Assembly (NCBI GenBank): GCA_002482775.1
Contig: DLGQ01000109.1
Span: forward strand, 47,789 to 111,788
Direction: 5' to 3'
Length of the DNA: 64,000 bases
From: Flavobacteriales bacterium UBA7690
Lineage (GTDB): Bacteria; Bacteroidota; Bacteroidia; Flavobacteriales_F; PHOS-HE28
This document shows positions 47,729-57,999 of this stretch, piece by piece. Within the stretch, counting starts at the first letter, position 1. Every line of letters begins with the position of its first letter. The position numbers and the translations under genes were made by a program. The notes below the pieces were generated by a model. The model did no database searches. It saw only the letters and a list, made by a program, of their open reading frames with translations, and was not told the DNA's origin.

Positions 47729-48175
47729 TCACTGGATGGCTTCTATGGTGAAAGTCTTTCCGTTCAAGGTAACCGCATCACCCGTTCGTTTCCCAGCCAA
47801 AGCTTGTCCGATGGGTGATGCCAAGGAGACCACTGCCCAAGTGGCACCCGCCACCTGTACGATGCCCCAGGCAATGGCGATGAAGAAGAGTCCTTGATCT
47901 GTTCTTACCAGTGCTCCGAATGCCACGTGTTCGAAGTTCCTATCCACCGGCACACGGGCGAGTTCTTGTTGCGATGCACGCAGCTTGGCCAATAGTGCTC
48001 CCTGCTGATCCAGTTCCTGCTGGACCATGGCGCGGCCCACCTCATGTTTATCGCCAGCGCTGCTCTTGGTGTCGCTATTACGCGCATGGAGCGTAGAAGC
48101 GAAGTCGGCTTCCGCAGCTACGATCTTTTCGCCGAGCGAAGCCCGAAGGTGGGTTAGGAGTAGAGCACGTTGCAC
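47729..48175 (-). CDS. GreA/GreB-related protein
   Basis: TKSSAGDKHE.RAM coiled coil and SLASPIGQALAGK..GD C-terminal domain. Confidence 0.8.
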   Translation of the reverse strand: MQRALLLTHLRASLGEKIVAAEADFASTLHARNSDTKSSAGDKHEVGRAMVQQELDQQGALLAKLRASQQELARVPVDRNFEHVAFGALVRTDQGLFFIAIAWGIVQVAGATWAVVSLASPIGQALAGKRTGDAVTLNGKTFTIEAIQ

Positions 48176-48304
48176 GAAGAGGAAAGGCGCTGTCCGGTGG
48201 TCTAGCGGAGGTGTAATACACCGGTTGCTCAGGACGGATAGTGGGTGGGGATCAGTTCGCGATACCGCACGGATCCGTGTGCTTCACTTTCCATCCGGCA
48301 GCAT

Positions 48305-49429
48305 TCAAGCTGCTTGGGCGTGCAGTGTTTCATTCTGCATTGCTGGCCGCCCCAATTCCTGCAACCGACGCACATGCGAAAGGATCGCGTTGCCGATGGA
48401 CGGTTTCACGTTGTAGGGCAACCCATGTTCGGCCGCCACGCGCGCCACGATTGGAGCGATGGCGGGGTAGTGGATGTGGGAGATGTACGGGAACAAGTGG
48501 TGCTCGATCTGGTAGTTGAGCCCGCCGGTGAACCAGGTGATGAACGCGTTGCCGGGTGCGAAGTCGGCGGTGGTGAGCATTTCGTGTACGGCCCATTCCG
48601 TGGCGATGATGCCTTGTGCGTCGGGCAGCGGTTGTTTGGTGCCTTCCACCACATGCGCCAGTTGGAACACGGTACCTAGGATCACACCACAGGTGAAATG
48701 CATCAACACGAAACCGATGAGCACCTGCCACCAGAGCAGGGGAGTGAGCAAAAGCGGAAGACCGATGAAGAGGGTGACATGGGCCACCTTCACGAACACC
48801 ATGGCAACGAAAGCCAGCGGGTAGTTGTAGGTCTCCTTGCGGGTATGCTTGGTCCGCCGTGCCTTCTCCAGGGAGAAGAAGTCGTTCACCAGCTTCACCA
48901 GCGTGAGCAACCCGTAGAAGAAGAAGGCATAGATGTGCTGCAACCGGTGTACGCGCCACAGCGGTGCATGTTCGCTGAAACGGAGCAGGTCCGGCGGGTC
49001 GATGTCCTGATCCACTTCGTCCACGTTGGTATGCGTATGGTGGGCGCCGTTATGTTGCAGTTTCCAAGTGTGGGCATCACTGCCGAGCAGATACATGGTT
49101 CCGCCCAGCAGGTCGTTCACCCACTGGTGGCGGCTGGTGGCACCGTGCAAGGCATCGTGCATCACGCCCATGCCTACACCCGCCATACCCACGCCCATGG
49201 CGAAGTAGAGCAACAGGGCCATCCATGCCGAAGGTGCGAAGACCAGCAGCAGGACAAGTGGTGCGAAGAACAAGGCGAGCATCAAGGTCACTTTGAGGGC
49301 CACCCGGTTGTCCGCCTTCAAGCCGATCCCGCGTTGTTGGAAATGAGCGTGGACCTGTGTGCGTACCGTGGCAGCGAAGGATTTGGCTTTCGGATCGGTG
49401 CCGATGTAACGTGGGATAGGGACGCCCAT
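48305..49429 (-). CDS. Membrane acyl-CoA/fatty acid desaturase
   Basis: His boxes HDALH, HNGAHHTHTN and QIEHHLFP. Confidence 0.93.
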   Translation of the reverse strand: MGVPIPRYIGTDPKAKSFAATVRTQVHAHFQQRGIGLKADNRVALKVTLMLALFFAPLVLLLVFAPSAWMALLLYFAMGVGMAGVGMGVMHDALHGATSRHQWVNDLLGGTMYLLGSDAHTWKLQHNGAHHTHTNVDEVDQDIDPPDLLRFSEHAPLWRVHRLQHIYAFFFYGLLTLVKLVNDFFSLEKARRTKHTRKETYNYPLAFVAMVFVKVAHVTLFIGLPLLLTPLLWWQVLIGFVLMHFTCGVILGTVFQLAHVVEGTKQPLPDAQGIIATEWAVHEMLTTADFAPGNAFITWFTGGLNYQIEHHLFPYISHIHYPAIAPIVARVAAEHGLPYNVKPSIGNAILSHVRRLQELGRPAMQNETLHAQAA

Positions 49430-49739
49430 GGTGCAACTAGGGTCTACTGACCGGAATTGGCGCGGCGAACGGAGCTGCTCCCGCGGAGGATAGATGGGGC
49501 GACATGGCCTGGCACGTGCCAGGACCCGGTAGCGCACGACTATGGCGTACGCCGATACGCGTTCGTTGTACCCGCATCGGGCGCAAGGTACGCCAGCGGT
49601 GGAGGCCTTCTGGTCTTTAATTTGAACAGGATCGTCGGAACTTCGGTGAACGGCCCTACCTTGCGGCCATCAATGCCTTGGTGCATTTACCAAGGATACA
49701 CACGTGGCGGCTTAGCGGTCGTCGCACAATACAAGCAGT

Positions 49740-49931
49740 ATGGCAAGTGGAGTAGTTAAGTTCTTCAACTCGGAGAAAGGTTTCGGTTTCATCACCCCGG
49801 ATGGTGGTGGCAAGGATGTGTTCGTGCACAAGACCGGTACCCGGGATAACCTCAACGAGGGCGATCGCGTGGAATTCGAAGTGGAGCAAAGTCCTAAAGG
49901 GGCTAACGCTGTGAACGTGACCAAGGCCTAA
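49740..49931 (+). CDS. Cold-shock protein (CspA family)
   Basis: KGFGFI and DVFVH RNP motifs, 63 aa. Confidence 0.96.
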   Translation: MASGVVKFFNSEKGFGFITPDGGGKDVFVHKTGTRDNLNEGDRVEFEVEQSPKGANAVNVTKA

Positions 49932-49949
49932 GCAGCCTTTCTGATCATG

Positions 49950-49983
49950 CAACGCCCCGGCCGCAAGCCGGGGCGTTGTTTTT
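49950..49983 (+). terminator. Intrinsic terminator of the csp gene
   Basis: CAACGCCCCGGC-CGCAA-GCCGGGGCGTTG followed by TTTTT. Confidence 0.85.
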
Positions 49984-49995
49984 CCCCCTACACAG

Positions 49996-50036
49996 AATGA
50001 GAAAGGCCGTCCCTTCAGGGGACGGCCTTTCTCATT
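49996..50036 (-). terminator. Perfect 18-bp hairpin, probable terminator of the FG-GAP gene
   Basis: AATGAGAAAGGCCGTCCC-TTCAG-GGGACGGCCTTTCTCATT. Confidence 0.75.
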
Positions 50037-50052
50037 GCAACGGTCGGTGACC

Positions 50053-52017
50053 TTACTCTTTCACGAAAGTCCGTTTCACAGCGCCCTTCGGGGTGGTCAC
50101 TTCGAGCAGGTACACACCGCTCGCGAGGGATCCGATGTCGATGGTGCTGGCGCTTACCACGCCATGCTGCACCAATTGACCCGTGCTGGAGAAGATGCGA
50201 GCCATGCGGTTGTTCAGGTCGGCTCCGATCACCATCAGGTGGTTCGTTGCGGGTACCGGGAACAAGGCGAGTTCGTTCAGGGCTATCTCTTCAGTCGAAC
50301 TGAACAAGCCCTCGTGCACCACGATGGTGCTGTTGGGCTCCACGTTCTCGAGGTGGTCCACGATGCCGCTTGGCCAATGGACTTCTACGGTGGCCGTGGT
50401 GGCTTGGCCCAGGCCGAAGTGTGCCAGCAGGCTGCTCATGTAACGGAAGCCATCACCGCTTTTCACATCGCGGATCTGGCTGATGTCATTGGTGATCACA
50501 TGCACACGCGCGCCGATGCCGTTCTGGTTGCTTACTGAACCCACTGGCCAGATGCGCAACCAATTGTTACCCGTGCTCTGGTTGTAGTAGATGGTACCGC
50601 CGCCCAGGATGTCCAAGTATCCATCGTTGTCCATATCGCCGATGGGGCCATTGTAAGGTACGGTGTTGTCGAAGGTGAAGGTCCCATTGCCGTTGTTCAT
50701 CAGCATGCCATCGCCGCCGAGGATATCCAGCCAACCATCGTTGTTGAAGTCGTGCGTGGTCCACTCGTTGGATTGCCCATCGTTGGAGTTGACGCCGGAA
50801 ATGTTGGAGATGTCCGTGAACTCGCCATTTCCCTCGTTGCGCATCAGTTTGTGTTGAGCGCTGGAACTGCTTCCGATGAGCACGTCCATGTCGCCATCGT
50901 TGTCGTAGTCGCCCCACGCGCTGCTCCAGCTCTGGTGTTCATCGTTCCAGCCGAGGTCAGGCGCCACATCGGTGAAAACCCCACCTGGGGAGTTCGGCAT
51001 CAGGAGATCCTCGGGATCGCAACCGCATTTGGCGATGAAGAGGTCCATCAGCCCATCATTGTTGTAGTCGGTGAAGACCGATCCGTAATTGCCACAGGTC
51101 TCGCCATAGCCGCCTTGTTGAAAAAGGAGTGTGCCAGAGCCGTCGTTGATGAAGCCTACGTTGGCATCCACGTCATGGCAGGAGAACGCGTCCAAATGGC
51201 CGTCGTTGTTGAGGTCCACCATGTTCGTACGCTGGCAGAAGATGTACTCATCGTACGAAACTTCGGTGAAGGCGGTGCCATCCTCATTGGCGAACATGAG
51301 CGTTACGCCATCACCAGCGCCGTATAGCATATCGTTCGCGCCATTCTTGTCCAGATCACCAACACAGAGGCTCCACGAAGCGGGGTGATCTGCCGCTGAT
51401 GTTGGGATGTCCACGAATTCGAAGGTGCCATCAAGTTGTTGGAAACCGATGTGTACGTTGGATTCCGTGGGGTCCAGGAGGTCGTCCAATCCATCGTTGT
51501 TCATGTCCACAGCACCGAGGGTGTAGTTCATGCCGGGCACGGCGATCCCCGCGAAATCGATCACGTTCACAGGGGGCGGCGGCGGCGGTATCAAAGTGAT
51601 GCTGAACGGGAATCCGTTCGCGCTCCAGGTGTCATCGAAATTGAAATAATACGTCACGTTCGCCAATGCAGTGAAATCCAGTTCGGAGGAATACCCGTCG
51701 CCGGAATCATCATCACCTTCCAAACAGATCAACGCGTCGCAGGCACCGGTGTACACTTGGATACGGGTATCGGTGGGTTCTTCACCGAAGCTGGTGCTTA
51801 TCACCACGCCGGTATCCACCGGACTGGTGAAGGAATACCACTCGGCATGGTCGCCGTTCCCATAGGCGCAATTGTTCCCGGGTAAAGCATCGCCATCAAC
51901 AGCCAGAACGGTGTGCAGCCCTTCGGTCACGGGTAGGGCTGTAGCGCAGGAATTCTGGGCTGCGGCGGGCATTGCCAATGCCAGGAAGAGCAGCAGGAGT
52001 AAGGTTCTATTCATCAC
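50053..52017 (-). CDS. FG-GAP repeat / ASPIC-UnbV protein with T9SS CTD
   Basis: Multiple DxNNDGxxD motifs; SNQNGIGARV...AHFGLG...VHWPSG; LFPVPA CTD. Confidence 0.92.
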   Translation of the reverse strand: MMNRTLLLLLFLALAMPAAAQNSCATALPVTEGLHTVLAVDGDALPGNNCAYGNGDHAEWYSFTSPVDTGVVISTSFGEEPTDTRIQVYTGACDALICLEGDDDSGDGYSSELDFTALANVTYYFNFDDTWSANGFPFSITLIPPPPPPVNVIDFAGIAVPGMNYTLGAVDMNNDGLDDLLDPTESNVHIGFQQLDGTFEFVDIPTSAADHPASWSLCVGDLDKNGANDMLYGAGDGVTLMFANEDGTAFTEVSYDEYIFCQRTNMVDLNNDGHLDAFSCHDVDANVGFINDGSGTLLFQQGGYGETCGNYGSVFTDYNNDGLMDLFIAKCGCDPEDLLMPNSPGGVFTDVAPDLGWNDEHQSWSSAWGDYDNDGDMDVLIGSSSSAQHKLMRNEGNGEFTDISNISGVNSNDGQSNEWTTHDFNNDGWLDILGGDGMLMNNGNGTFTFDNTVPYNGPIGDMDNDGYLDILGGGTIYYNQSTGNNWLRIWPVGSVSNQNGIGARVHVITNDISQIRDVKSGDGFRYMSSLLAHFGLGQATTATVEVHWPSGIVDHLENVEPNSTIVVHEGLFSSTEEIALNELALFPVPATNHLMVIGADLNNRMARIFSSTGQLVQHGVVSASTIDIGSLASGVYLLEVTTPKGAVKRTFVKE

Positions 52018-52033
52018 GTGCAGGTGGTTGGTA

Positions 52034-53149
52034 TCAAGGACAAGCGGGAGAAAGACTGTTGATCCAGTCGGAGATCAAGGCGAGGCCTTCATCGTGGACA
52101 AGCGTACGGCCAAGCAAGGGCATGCGTTCAGCTTCATCCACGGAAGCGGCCCGGTAGTGCAACAAAGAGCGGGCGGTATTGCCACGCGCTACTATGAAAG
52201 TGTGCTGCGGTAGTAGCGGGTCGTCCGGCGGCACGCACACACCCAGGTTCACCGGGTCCGCGGTCTCGTTGAAGGCGAACCGCATGGGCCGGTAATCACA
52301 ATGGCTGCCTTCTCGGTGGCAATGGGCGCAATTGATGTCAACATAGCCGCGGATGCGATCGGTAAGCTCCTCTGAGGGGTCGTCCCAACGAGCAACGGTG
52401 CTGATGCGCTTGGGATAGCCCGGCTGTAAGTATCCCTCCTGCACCCAGCGCTGCAACTGGTTCTGCGGTCTGCGTTGGGCCGTAGTACTGCTGTTGGAAT
52501 AGGCGAGGTCGCTGTTCATGTTCTGCGGCTTCGGGCCTATGGGGGTGGCAACACCATCGAACTTGTGGCAGGTGAAACACTCCGCCTGGGAAGGGATGCG
52601 ATAGGTAACTGTGCGGGTGAGGCCGCTCTCGTCCACCCACGTGATGGGCGTATGGCTGCCGCCCATGTCCAGCGTGGCTTCTGTCTGTTCCGCGTTCCAT
52701 ACGTAGTTGGCGAACTCCCACGCACCATTGCGTTTGAACAACAGCCGTGTTTCTAAGATGCGGCGAACATCGGCCGGTTGTACACGGTCGTAGTAGAACG
52801 ATTTGATCAGTACGGTACCATCGGGGAAGTCCAGCACATCATGGTCCGAGGTGTACGTAGCGCTTGTCCCGGCGGGCATCCACACGAAGCGGAGCTTGTG
52901 GGCGTAGTCGCTGAACAAGGCATTGATGGGGGTGTAGGGTAGAACCCCTTTCACGGGCCGTTGCAAGGCGAGCTGGCCTTTGAAGAAGCGGTAGCTGGAA
53001 AGGGTATTGAACGGGAACAATTGCGGGTCCAGCTCCAGGCGATCCCCTTCTTCCTCATCCAACACGGCAAGCCCCTCCTGGATGTTCTCCTTCGTGCAGG
53101 ATACCAGGATGACGAACAGGATCAGGAACAGGGAGAGGACCTTCTTCAA
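52034..53149 (-). CDS. SO2930-like diheme c-type cytochrome lipoprotein
   Basis: LVSC lipobox; LFSDYAHKLRF, FPDGTVLIKSF, ETRLL; CFTCH and CAHCH; RMPLLGRTLVHDEG. Confidence 0.85.
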   Translation of the reverse strand: MKKVLSLFLILFVILVSCTKENIQEGLAVLDEEEGDRLELDPQLFPFNTLSSYRFFKGQLALQRPVKGVLPYTPINALFSDYAHKLRFVWMPAGTSATYTSDHDVLDFPDGTVLIKSFYYDRVQPADVRRILETRLLFKRNGAWEFANYVWNAEQTEATLDMGGSHTPITWVDESGLTRTVTYRIPSQAECFTCHKFDGVATPIGPKPQNMNSDLAYSNSSTTAQRRPQNQLQRWVQEGYLQPGYPKRISTVARWDDPSEELTDRIRGYVDINCAHCHREGSHCDYRPMRFAFNETADPVNLGVCVPPDDPLLPQHTFIVARGNTARSLLHYRAASVDEAERMPLLGRTLVHDEGLALISDWINSLSPACP

Positions 53150-53268
53150 CGGAGCATGCGTGTATCAGGAGTACGAATATGGGTAGGACGGAAGCGAACA
53201 AGGTACTCGTTGCCCTGCCCAACTACAGGGCAAGCTATGAATGCCGAGCCCCCAGCTACCGCCACCGC

Positions 53269-53276
53269 TACCTTTG
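53269..53276 (+). promoter_or_regulatory. -7 promoter box TACCTTTG
   Basis: TAnnTTTG 6 bp upstream of ATG 53283. Confidence 0.55.
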
Positions 53277-53282
53277 TGCCCG

Positions 53283-54431
53283 ATGTCGCACGCTTCTGCC
53301 GCCTTGCGTCCGAAACCCTTTTCCACCTGGGGCCTCGGCCTGGATCGGCCATTGATGATCGCTGGTCCGTGCAGTGCGGAATCCGAAGCGCAGATGCTGG
53401 CGACCGCACAGGGGCTCGCGGCCAGCGGCCAAGTCCAGGTGTTCCGTGCGGGTCTGTGGAAGCCACGGACCCGTCCCGGCGCGTTCGAGGGTAGCGGTGA
53501 TGCGGGCCTGCCTTGGCTGCGTAGGGTGAAGGAGGCTACCGGCCTGCTCACACTTACCGAGGTGGCTACCGCCCAGCACGTGGAGGCCAGCCTGAAAGCG
53601 GGTGTGGACATGCTGTGGATAGGGGCGCGCACCACGCCCAACCCCTTCAGCGTGCAGGAGATCGCCGACGCCTTGCGTGGTGTGGACATCCCGGTCTTCG
53701 TCAAGAACCCCATCAACCCGGACCTCCAGCTCTGGATCGGTGCTTTGGAACGGTTGGAACGGGCAGGCATTACGCGTTTCGCAGCCATACACCGTGGATT
53801 CTCGTGGTTCGAACGAACGCCCTTCCGCAACAGCCCCATGTGGGAGTTCCCCATCCGGTTGAAGGCGGCTTTCCCGGAACTGGAGATCGTGGGCGACCCC
53901 AGTCATATCGCTGGCAACCGCGAGAACATCGGTCTGGTGGCCCAACAAGCGCTGGACCTGGGTTTCAGCGGGCTCATGATCGAAGTGCATACCGATCCGT
54001 CCGCTGCCCTTAGCGATGCCCAGCAACAGCTTACTCCGGCAGCCTACGCCTCCGTGGTGGACAGCCTGATCTTCCGGCAGGCCTTGCCCACCCCGCTCAT
54101 GCAGGATCGGTTGGAGGAGCTCCGCGATCTGATCGACCAGCTGGATGAAGAGATCGCCCAGAAAATGGGTGCACGCATGGACATCGCCGAGCGTATCGGC
54201 GACCACAAGCGGGAGCACAACGTGGCCATCATGCAGCCCGAGCGTTGGGAGAGCATCATGCAGCGCCAACTGCGGCTTTCCGGGCATTTGGGGCTCAGCG
54301 AGGCGTTCGTTCGGGAGTACATGGATGCTGTCCATCGCGAGAGCATCCGGCGGCAGACCACACCGGGTGAAGCGGGTGATGGGGCCTCGGCAGGATCTCC
54401 ACAGTCCGCCATGGAAGGACTGGACGCCTGA
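53283..54431 (+). CDS. Bifunctional DAHP synthase / chorismate mutase
   Basis: IAGPCSAES, WKPRTRP, IGARTT, DPSH; C-terminal LRDLIDQLD...HRESIRRQ. Confidence 0.93.
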   Translation: MSHASAALRPKPFSTWGLGLDRPLMIAGPCSAESEAQMLATAQGLAASGQVQVFRAGLWKPRTRPGAFEGSGDAGLPWLRRVKEATGLLTLTEVATAQHVEASLKAGVDMLWIGARTTPNPFSVQEIADALRGVDIPVFVKNPINPDLQLWIGALERLERAGITRFAAIHRGFSWFERTPFRNSPMWEFPIRLKAAFPELEIVGDPSHIAGNRENIGLVAQQALDLGFSGLMIEVHTDPSAALSDAQQQLTPAAYASVVDSLIFRQALPTPLMQDRLEELRDLIDQLDEEIAQKMGARMDIAERIGDHKREHNVAIMQPERWESIMQRQLRLSGHLGLSEAFVREYMDAVHRESIRRQTTPGEAGDGASAGSPQSAMEGLDA

Positions 54432-54484
54432 GCGAACCTCCCCCTACCTTCGAGCGTTCAAAACCAACTGCAAGGAATTTTCAC

Positions 54485-57313
54485 ATGCTCAAAACCCTTA
54501 CGCTAGGTCTTCCGGCCTTGCTGTGCGCACCACTGACCATGGCGCAGCTCAGCTTCACGAACGCTACCAACCGCATGAGCAATGTCACCCTAAGCGGTGG
54601 CTGCATGGGGGTGGTTGATATGAACGGTGATGGCTTGGACGACATCGCCAAACTGCACAACGCCCGGGTATTCCAAGTCGATTACCAGAACCCGGACGGT
54701 ACGTTCACCTTGGTGGATTACGGCCAAGTGAGCAACAGCGGCCAGTGGGGCTGGGCCATTGCCGATCTGGATAACGACGGACATAAGGACATGGTGAGCG
54801 GTGGCAGCTACGATGGCTCACACTACGTGCGCATCACCGCCCCCGGAGCCTCCACCATGACGGACTTGGATGGTCCGGACATTTTCACCCAAGCGATGAG
54901 CATGGGCGATGTGAACAACGATGGCCGTGTGGATGTGTTCGCCTGCCACGACGATGGTGCACCGAATCTTTGGTTCACCAATGCGAGCGGCGTGCCGGTG
55001 AACAACAACGGTTACATCAACTGGGCCACCAACCCCACCAGTGACATGAGCGGCAACTACGGCAGCTGCTTCTCCGATTTCGATAGCGATGGGGACATCG
55101 ACCTTTATATAGCCAAGTGTCGCCAAGGAGTGAATGATCCGAATGACATTCGGAGATGGGACCGTCTTTTTGTGAATGACGGCAATAGCACCTTCACGGA
55201 TCAAGCTCCGGAGTATGGCGTTCAAAACCGCAACCAGACCTGGACCGCCGATTTCGGCGATATGGACAACGATGGTGACCTGGACATGGTTGCCACCAAC
55301 CACGATGCCACCGTTCAGCTTTTCGAGAACGATGGGACAGGACATTTTACAGATGCCACAGCAGGCTGCGGTATGGAGGTGAACGGCTTCTTCCTCCAAA
55401 GCAAGTTCGCCGATCTGGATAATGATGGGTTCTTGGACGTGATCATTGCCGGAGGCGACGAGTACTTCTTCAAAGGCAACGGCAACGGCACCTTTACCCA
55501 GATCAACAACTTGTTACCAGCTGGTAAGGACCTGCACAGTTTCGCCACGGGCGATCTGAACAACGATGGCTTCACGGACATTTTTGCGAACTATGGTGGT
55601 GGATACATCACCCCGGATGCCAACAACCCCGATCGCCTATGGCTGAATAACGGGAATAGCAACCACTGGTTCACGGTGCGTTTGCAGGGCACAGTGAGCA
55701 ACCGCGACGCTATAGGTGGGCAAGTGCGCATCACCGGCCCATGGGGCACACAAGTACGGGAGGTGAAGGCAGGCGAGAGCTACGGCATGGTCACCACCTT
55801 CGCGTGCAACTTCGGCCTTGGCCAGAACACAACGATCCCTACGTTGACGATCAACTGGCCTAGTGGGCTGGTGGAGACCTTCAACAACCTGACCGCCGAC
55901 CAGACCATCACGGTGATCGAGAACACCTGCATAAGCCCGGTGGCCACCATCACCACGCCAACGGCGCCGATCATCTGCGGCAACGGCGACCAGCTAACCC
56001 TTACCGCCGACGATGGATACGAATACGTCTGGAGCAACGGTGCTACCACGCGCAGCATCAATGTCACCGCAGCAGGGAACTATTCCGTTACGATCGATGA
56101 TGGCGAGGGATGCTCGGCTTCAACAAGCATCTTCGTGCAACAGAGCCCCGATGAAACACCGGTGGTGAACGTGGATGGCGAATTGAAGTTCTGCGAGGGC
56201 GGCGGTGTGGTCCTCACATCAAGCACTGCTTCATCCTATGCATGGAACAACGGTGCTGGGGATACACAGAGCATCACAGCTACCACCAGCGGTACGTACG
56301 AGGTCACCATTGAAGGTGTATGCGGCGAATTCACCAGCGAGGCTGTAGAGGTGGAAGTGCTCGATGCACCCAATGCACCGATCGCCGATGATACCAACAC
56401 GCCATTGAACACGAGTGCCACGCTGGAGGCCACAGGCACCAACCTACAATGGTTCGGCCAAGCGAATGGCGGCACGGCGCTCGGTACGGGAACAACGTTC
56501 AACACACCGGTATTGAATGCGGATGCCACCTACTGGGTGTCGTCATCAACGGTACACGGTGGTGCCATCGCTTTCGGTGGCCGGACGAACAACAGTGCAA
56601 GCGGCATCTACCACACCAACGCGGACAACTACCAGCTCTTCACAGCTTCCGAGGACATGATCATCGTGAGCGTGAAGGTCTATGCCAATGGCGCGGGCAA
56701 CCGTACCATCGCAGTGATCAACCAAGGCAATGGAAGCACCGTCGCTACAGGCACCTTCAACATCCCCAACGGCGAAAGCCGCGTAACGTTGAACTTCAAC
56801 GTGCCAGCAGGTGGACCTTATGGCCTGCGTGCCGTGGGCGGCAACCCGCAACTCTGGCGCGATGGTGCTGGTAGCAATCCAGCTTATCCGTATGCACTTG
56901 GCACGCTTGGTAGCATGACGAGCAGCACCGCCAGTGGTGCGAATGCAACGGCTTACTACTACTTCTTCTACGACATCGAAGTGAAGAGCCCGAGCACCAC
57001 CTGCGAAGGTCCACGCACCGAAGTGCAAGTTTTCGTTGGCTCTACCAGCATTGGTGAACAAGTCCCGGCCGATGGATTGAACGTGTGGCCAAACCCCACC
57101 ACGGGTCAGTTGAACATTGATCTCGCCGGTGTGAAGGGCCGGGTATCGATGGACCTGCACGATGTCACCGGACGTTTGGTACTTGCCACTAACATGGACG
57201 CCACGGCACAAGGCATCTCGGTATTGGACCTGAACGGTTTGGCTTCCGGCGAATACACATTGAACGTGCGCCACGAAGGCGGTAGCGTTGTGCGCCGTGT
57301 GGTGCTGCAGTGA
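54485..57313 (+). CDS. FG-GAP repeat / ASPIC-UnbV protein with Ig-like domains and T9SS CTD
   Basis: DxDNDG repeats; SNRDAIG...FGLG...WPSG; VWPNPT...GEYTL. Confidence 0.92.
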   Translation: MLKTLTLGLPALLCAPLTMAQLSFTNATNRMSNVTLSGGCMGVVDMNGDGLDDIAKLHNARVFQVDYQNPDGTFTLVDYGQVSNSGQWGWAIADLDNDGHKDMVSGGSYDGSHYVRITAPGASTMTDLDGPDIFTQAMSMGDVNNDGRVDVFACHDDGAPNLWFTNASGVPVNNNGYINWATNPTSDMSGNYGSCFSDFDSDGDIDLYIAKCRQGVNDPNDIRRWDRLFVNDGNSTFTDQAPEYGVQNRNQTWTADFGDMDNDGDLDMVATNHDATVQLFENDGTGHFTDATAGCGMEVNGFFLQSKFADLDNDGFLDVIIAGGDEYFFKGNGNGTFTQINNLLPAGKDLHSFATGDLNNDGFTDIFANYGGGYITPDANNPDRLWLNNGNSNHWFTVRLQGTVSNRDAIGGQVRITGPWGTQVREVKAGESYGMVTTFACNFGLGQNTTIPTLTINWPSGLVETFNNLTADQTITVIENTCISPVATITTPTAPIICGNGDQLTLTADDGYEYVWSNGATTRSINVTAAGNYSVTIDDGEGCSASTSIFVQQSPDETPVVNVDGELKFCEGGGVVLTSSTASSYAWNNGAGDTQSITATTSGTYEVTIEGVCGEFTSEAVEVEVLDAPNAPIADDTNTPLNTSATLEATGTNLQWFGQANGGTALGTGTTFNTPVLNADATYWVSSSTVHGGAIAFGGRTNNSASGIYHTNADNYQLFTASEDMIIVSVKVYANGAGNRTIAVINQGNGSTVATGTFNIPNGESRVTLNFNVPAGGPYGLRAVGGNPQLWRDGAGSNPAYPYALGTLGSMTSSTASGANATAYYYFFYDIEVKSPSTTCEGPRTEVQVFVGSTSIGEQVPADGLNVWPNPTTGQLNIDLAGVKGRVSMDLHDVTGRLVLATNMDATAQGISVLDLNGLASGEYTLNVRHEGGSVVRRVVLQ

Positions 57314-57334
57314 TCGCTCTTCCAGTTGAACAAC

Positions 57335-57368
57335 AGAAGCCTTCGCTCACCAGAGCGGGGGCTTCTTC
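57335..57368 (+). terminator. Intrinsic terminator
   Basis: AGAAGCCTTCGCTC-ACCA-GAGCGGGGGCTTCT. Confidence 0.65.
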
Positions 57369-57418
57369 GTGTATCCCCAGCGGTGTTGTGGACGTACAAG
57401 GCGGGCAACCACCCTCCC

Positions 57419-57910
57419 ATGCGCCACATCAACTTGCTTCTACTCAGTGTCTCCATCATCACCCTCACCGCATGTGCGAAGGCGGGCAAAGAGGTGGCAG
57501 AGGAATTGGGTATCATTCCCTCCACGTGTGGCGCCGATGGTGCCCGTGTACAAGCCCAAGTGGATGGTTCCTCATTCTGTGGCGACGCGCAGGTCGTTGC
57601 GGTTTCCGATGGTATCAGCGCCACGGTGAGCGGCATCACCCTGCTGGGCAATACCTTGAGCATCCAGTTGGATACGCTCGCACCGGGCACCTACACCATC
57701 AGCGAAGCGGAGAACGCGGTGTTGTACATGGCAATAGGAACACCCTATACCTCCATGGGCGACAGTGCCGGATCGGTCACGATCAGTTCGCACGATGCCG
57801 CCGCGCATAGCCTTAAAGCCACGTTCGCCGCAACCGTGCGCAACGAGATGAGCGGTAGTACGAAGGCCATTTCCGGAAGTGTGGATGTGACGTACACGGA
57901 CGGACAGTGA
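57419..57910 (+). CDS. Hypothetical beta-rich lipoprotein
   Basis: LTAC lipobox; AQVDG, PGTY, GSVTIS and ATF..T pattern. Confidence 0.75.
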   Translation: MRHINLLLLSVSIITLTACAKAGKEVAEELGIIPSTCGADGARVQAQVDGSSFCGDAQVVAVSDGISATVSGITLLGNTLSIQLDTLAPGTYTISEAENAVLYMAIGTPYTSMGDSAGSVTISSHDAAAHSLKATFAATVRNEMSGSTKAISGSVDVTYTDGQ

Positions 57911-57999
57911 TCCGCGGATCCGGATTCGTGGTCTTTCAGCACGTCTTCGCCATGGCGGTCGCGAACGGCATCCAGTAGGGTGGGCCGTACCTTGCGCCG

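Noticed and set aside
57911..57999. Moco riboswitch upstream of moeB
   Set aside because: Only about 90 bp, with a -7-like box just before the GTG, leaving no room for a leader; no recognisable motif
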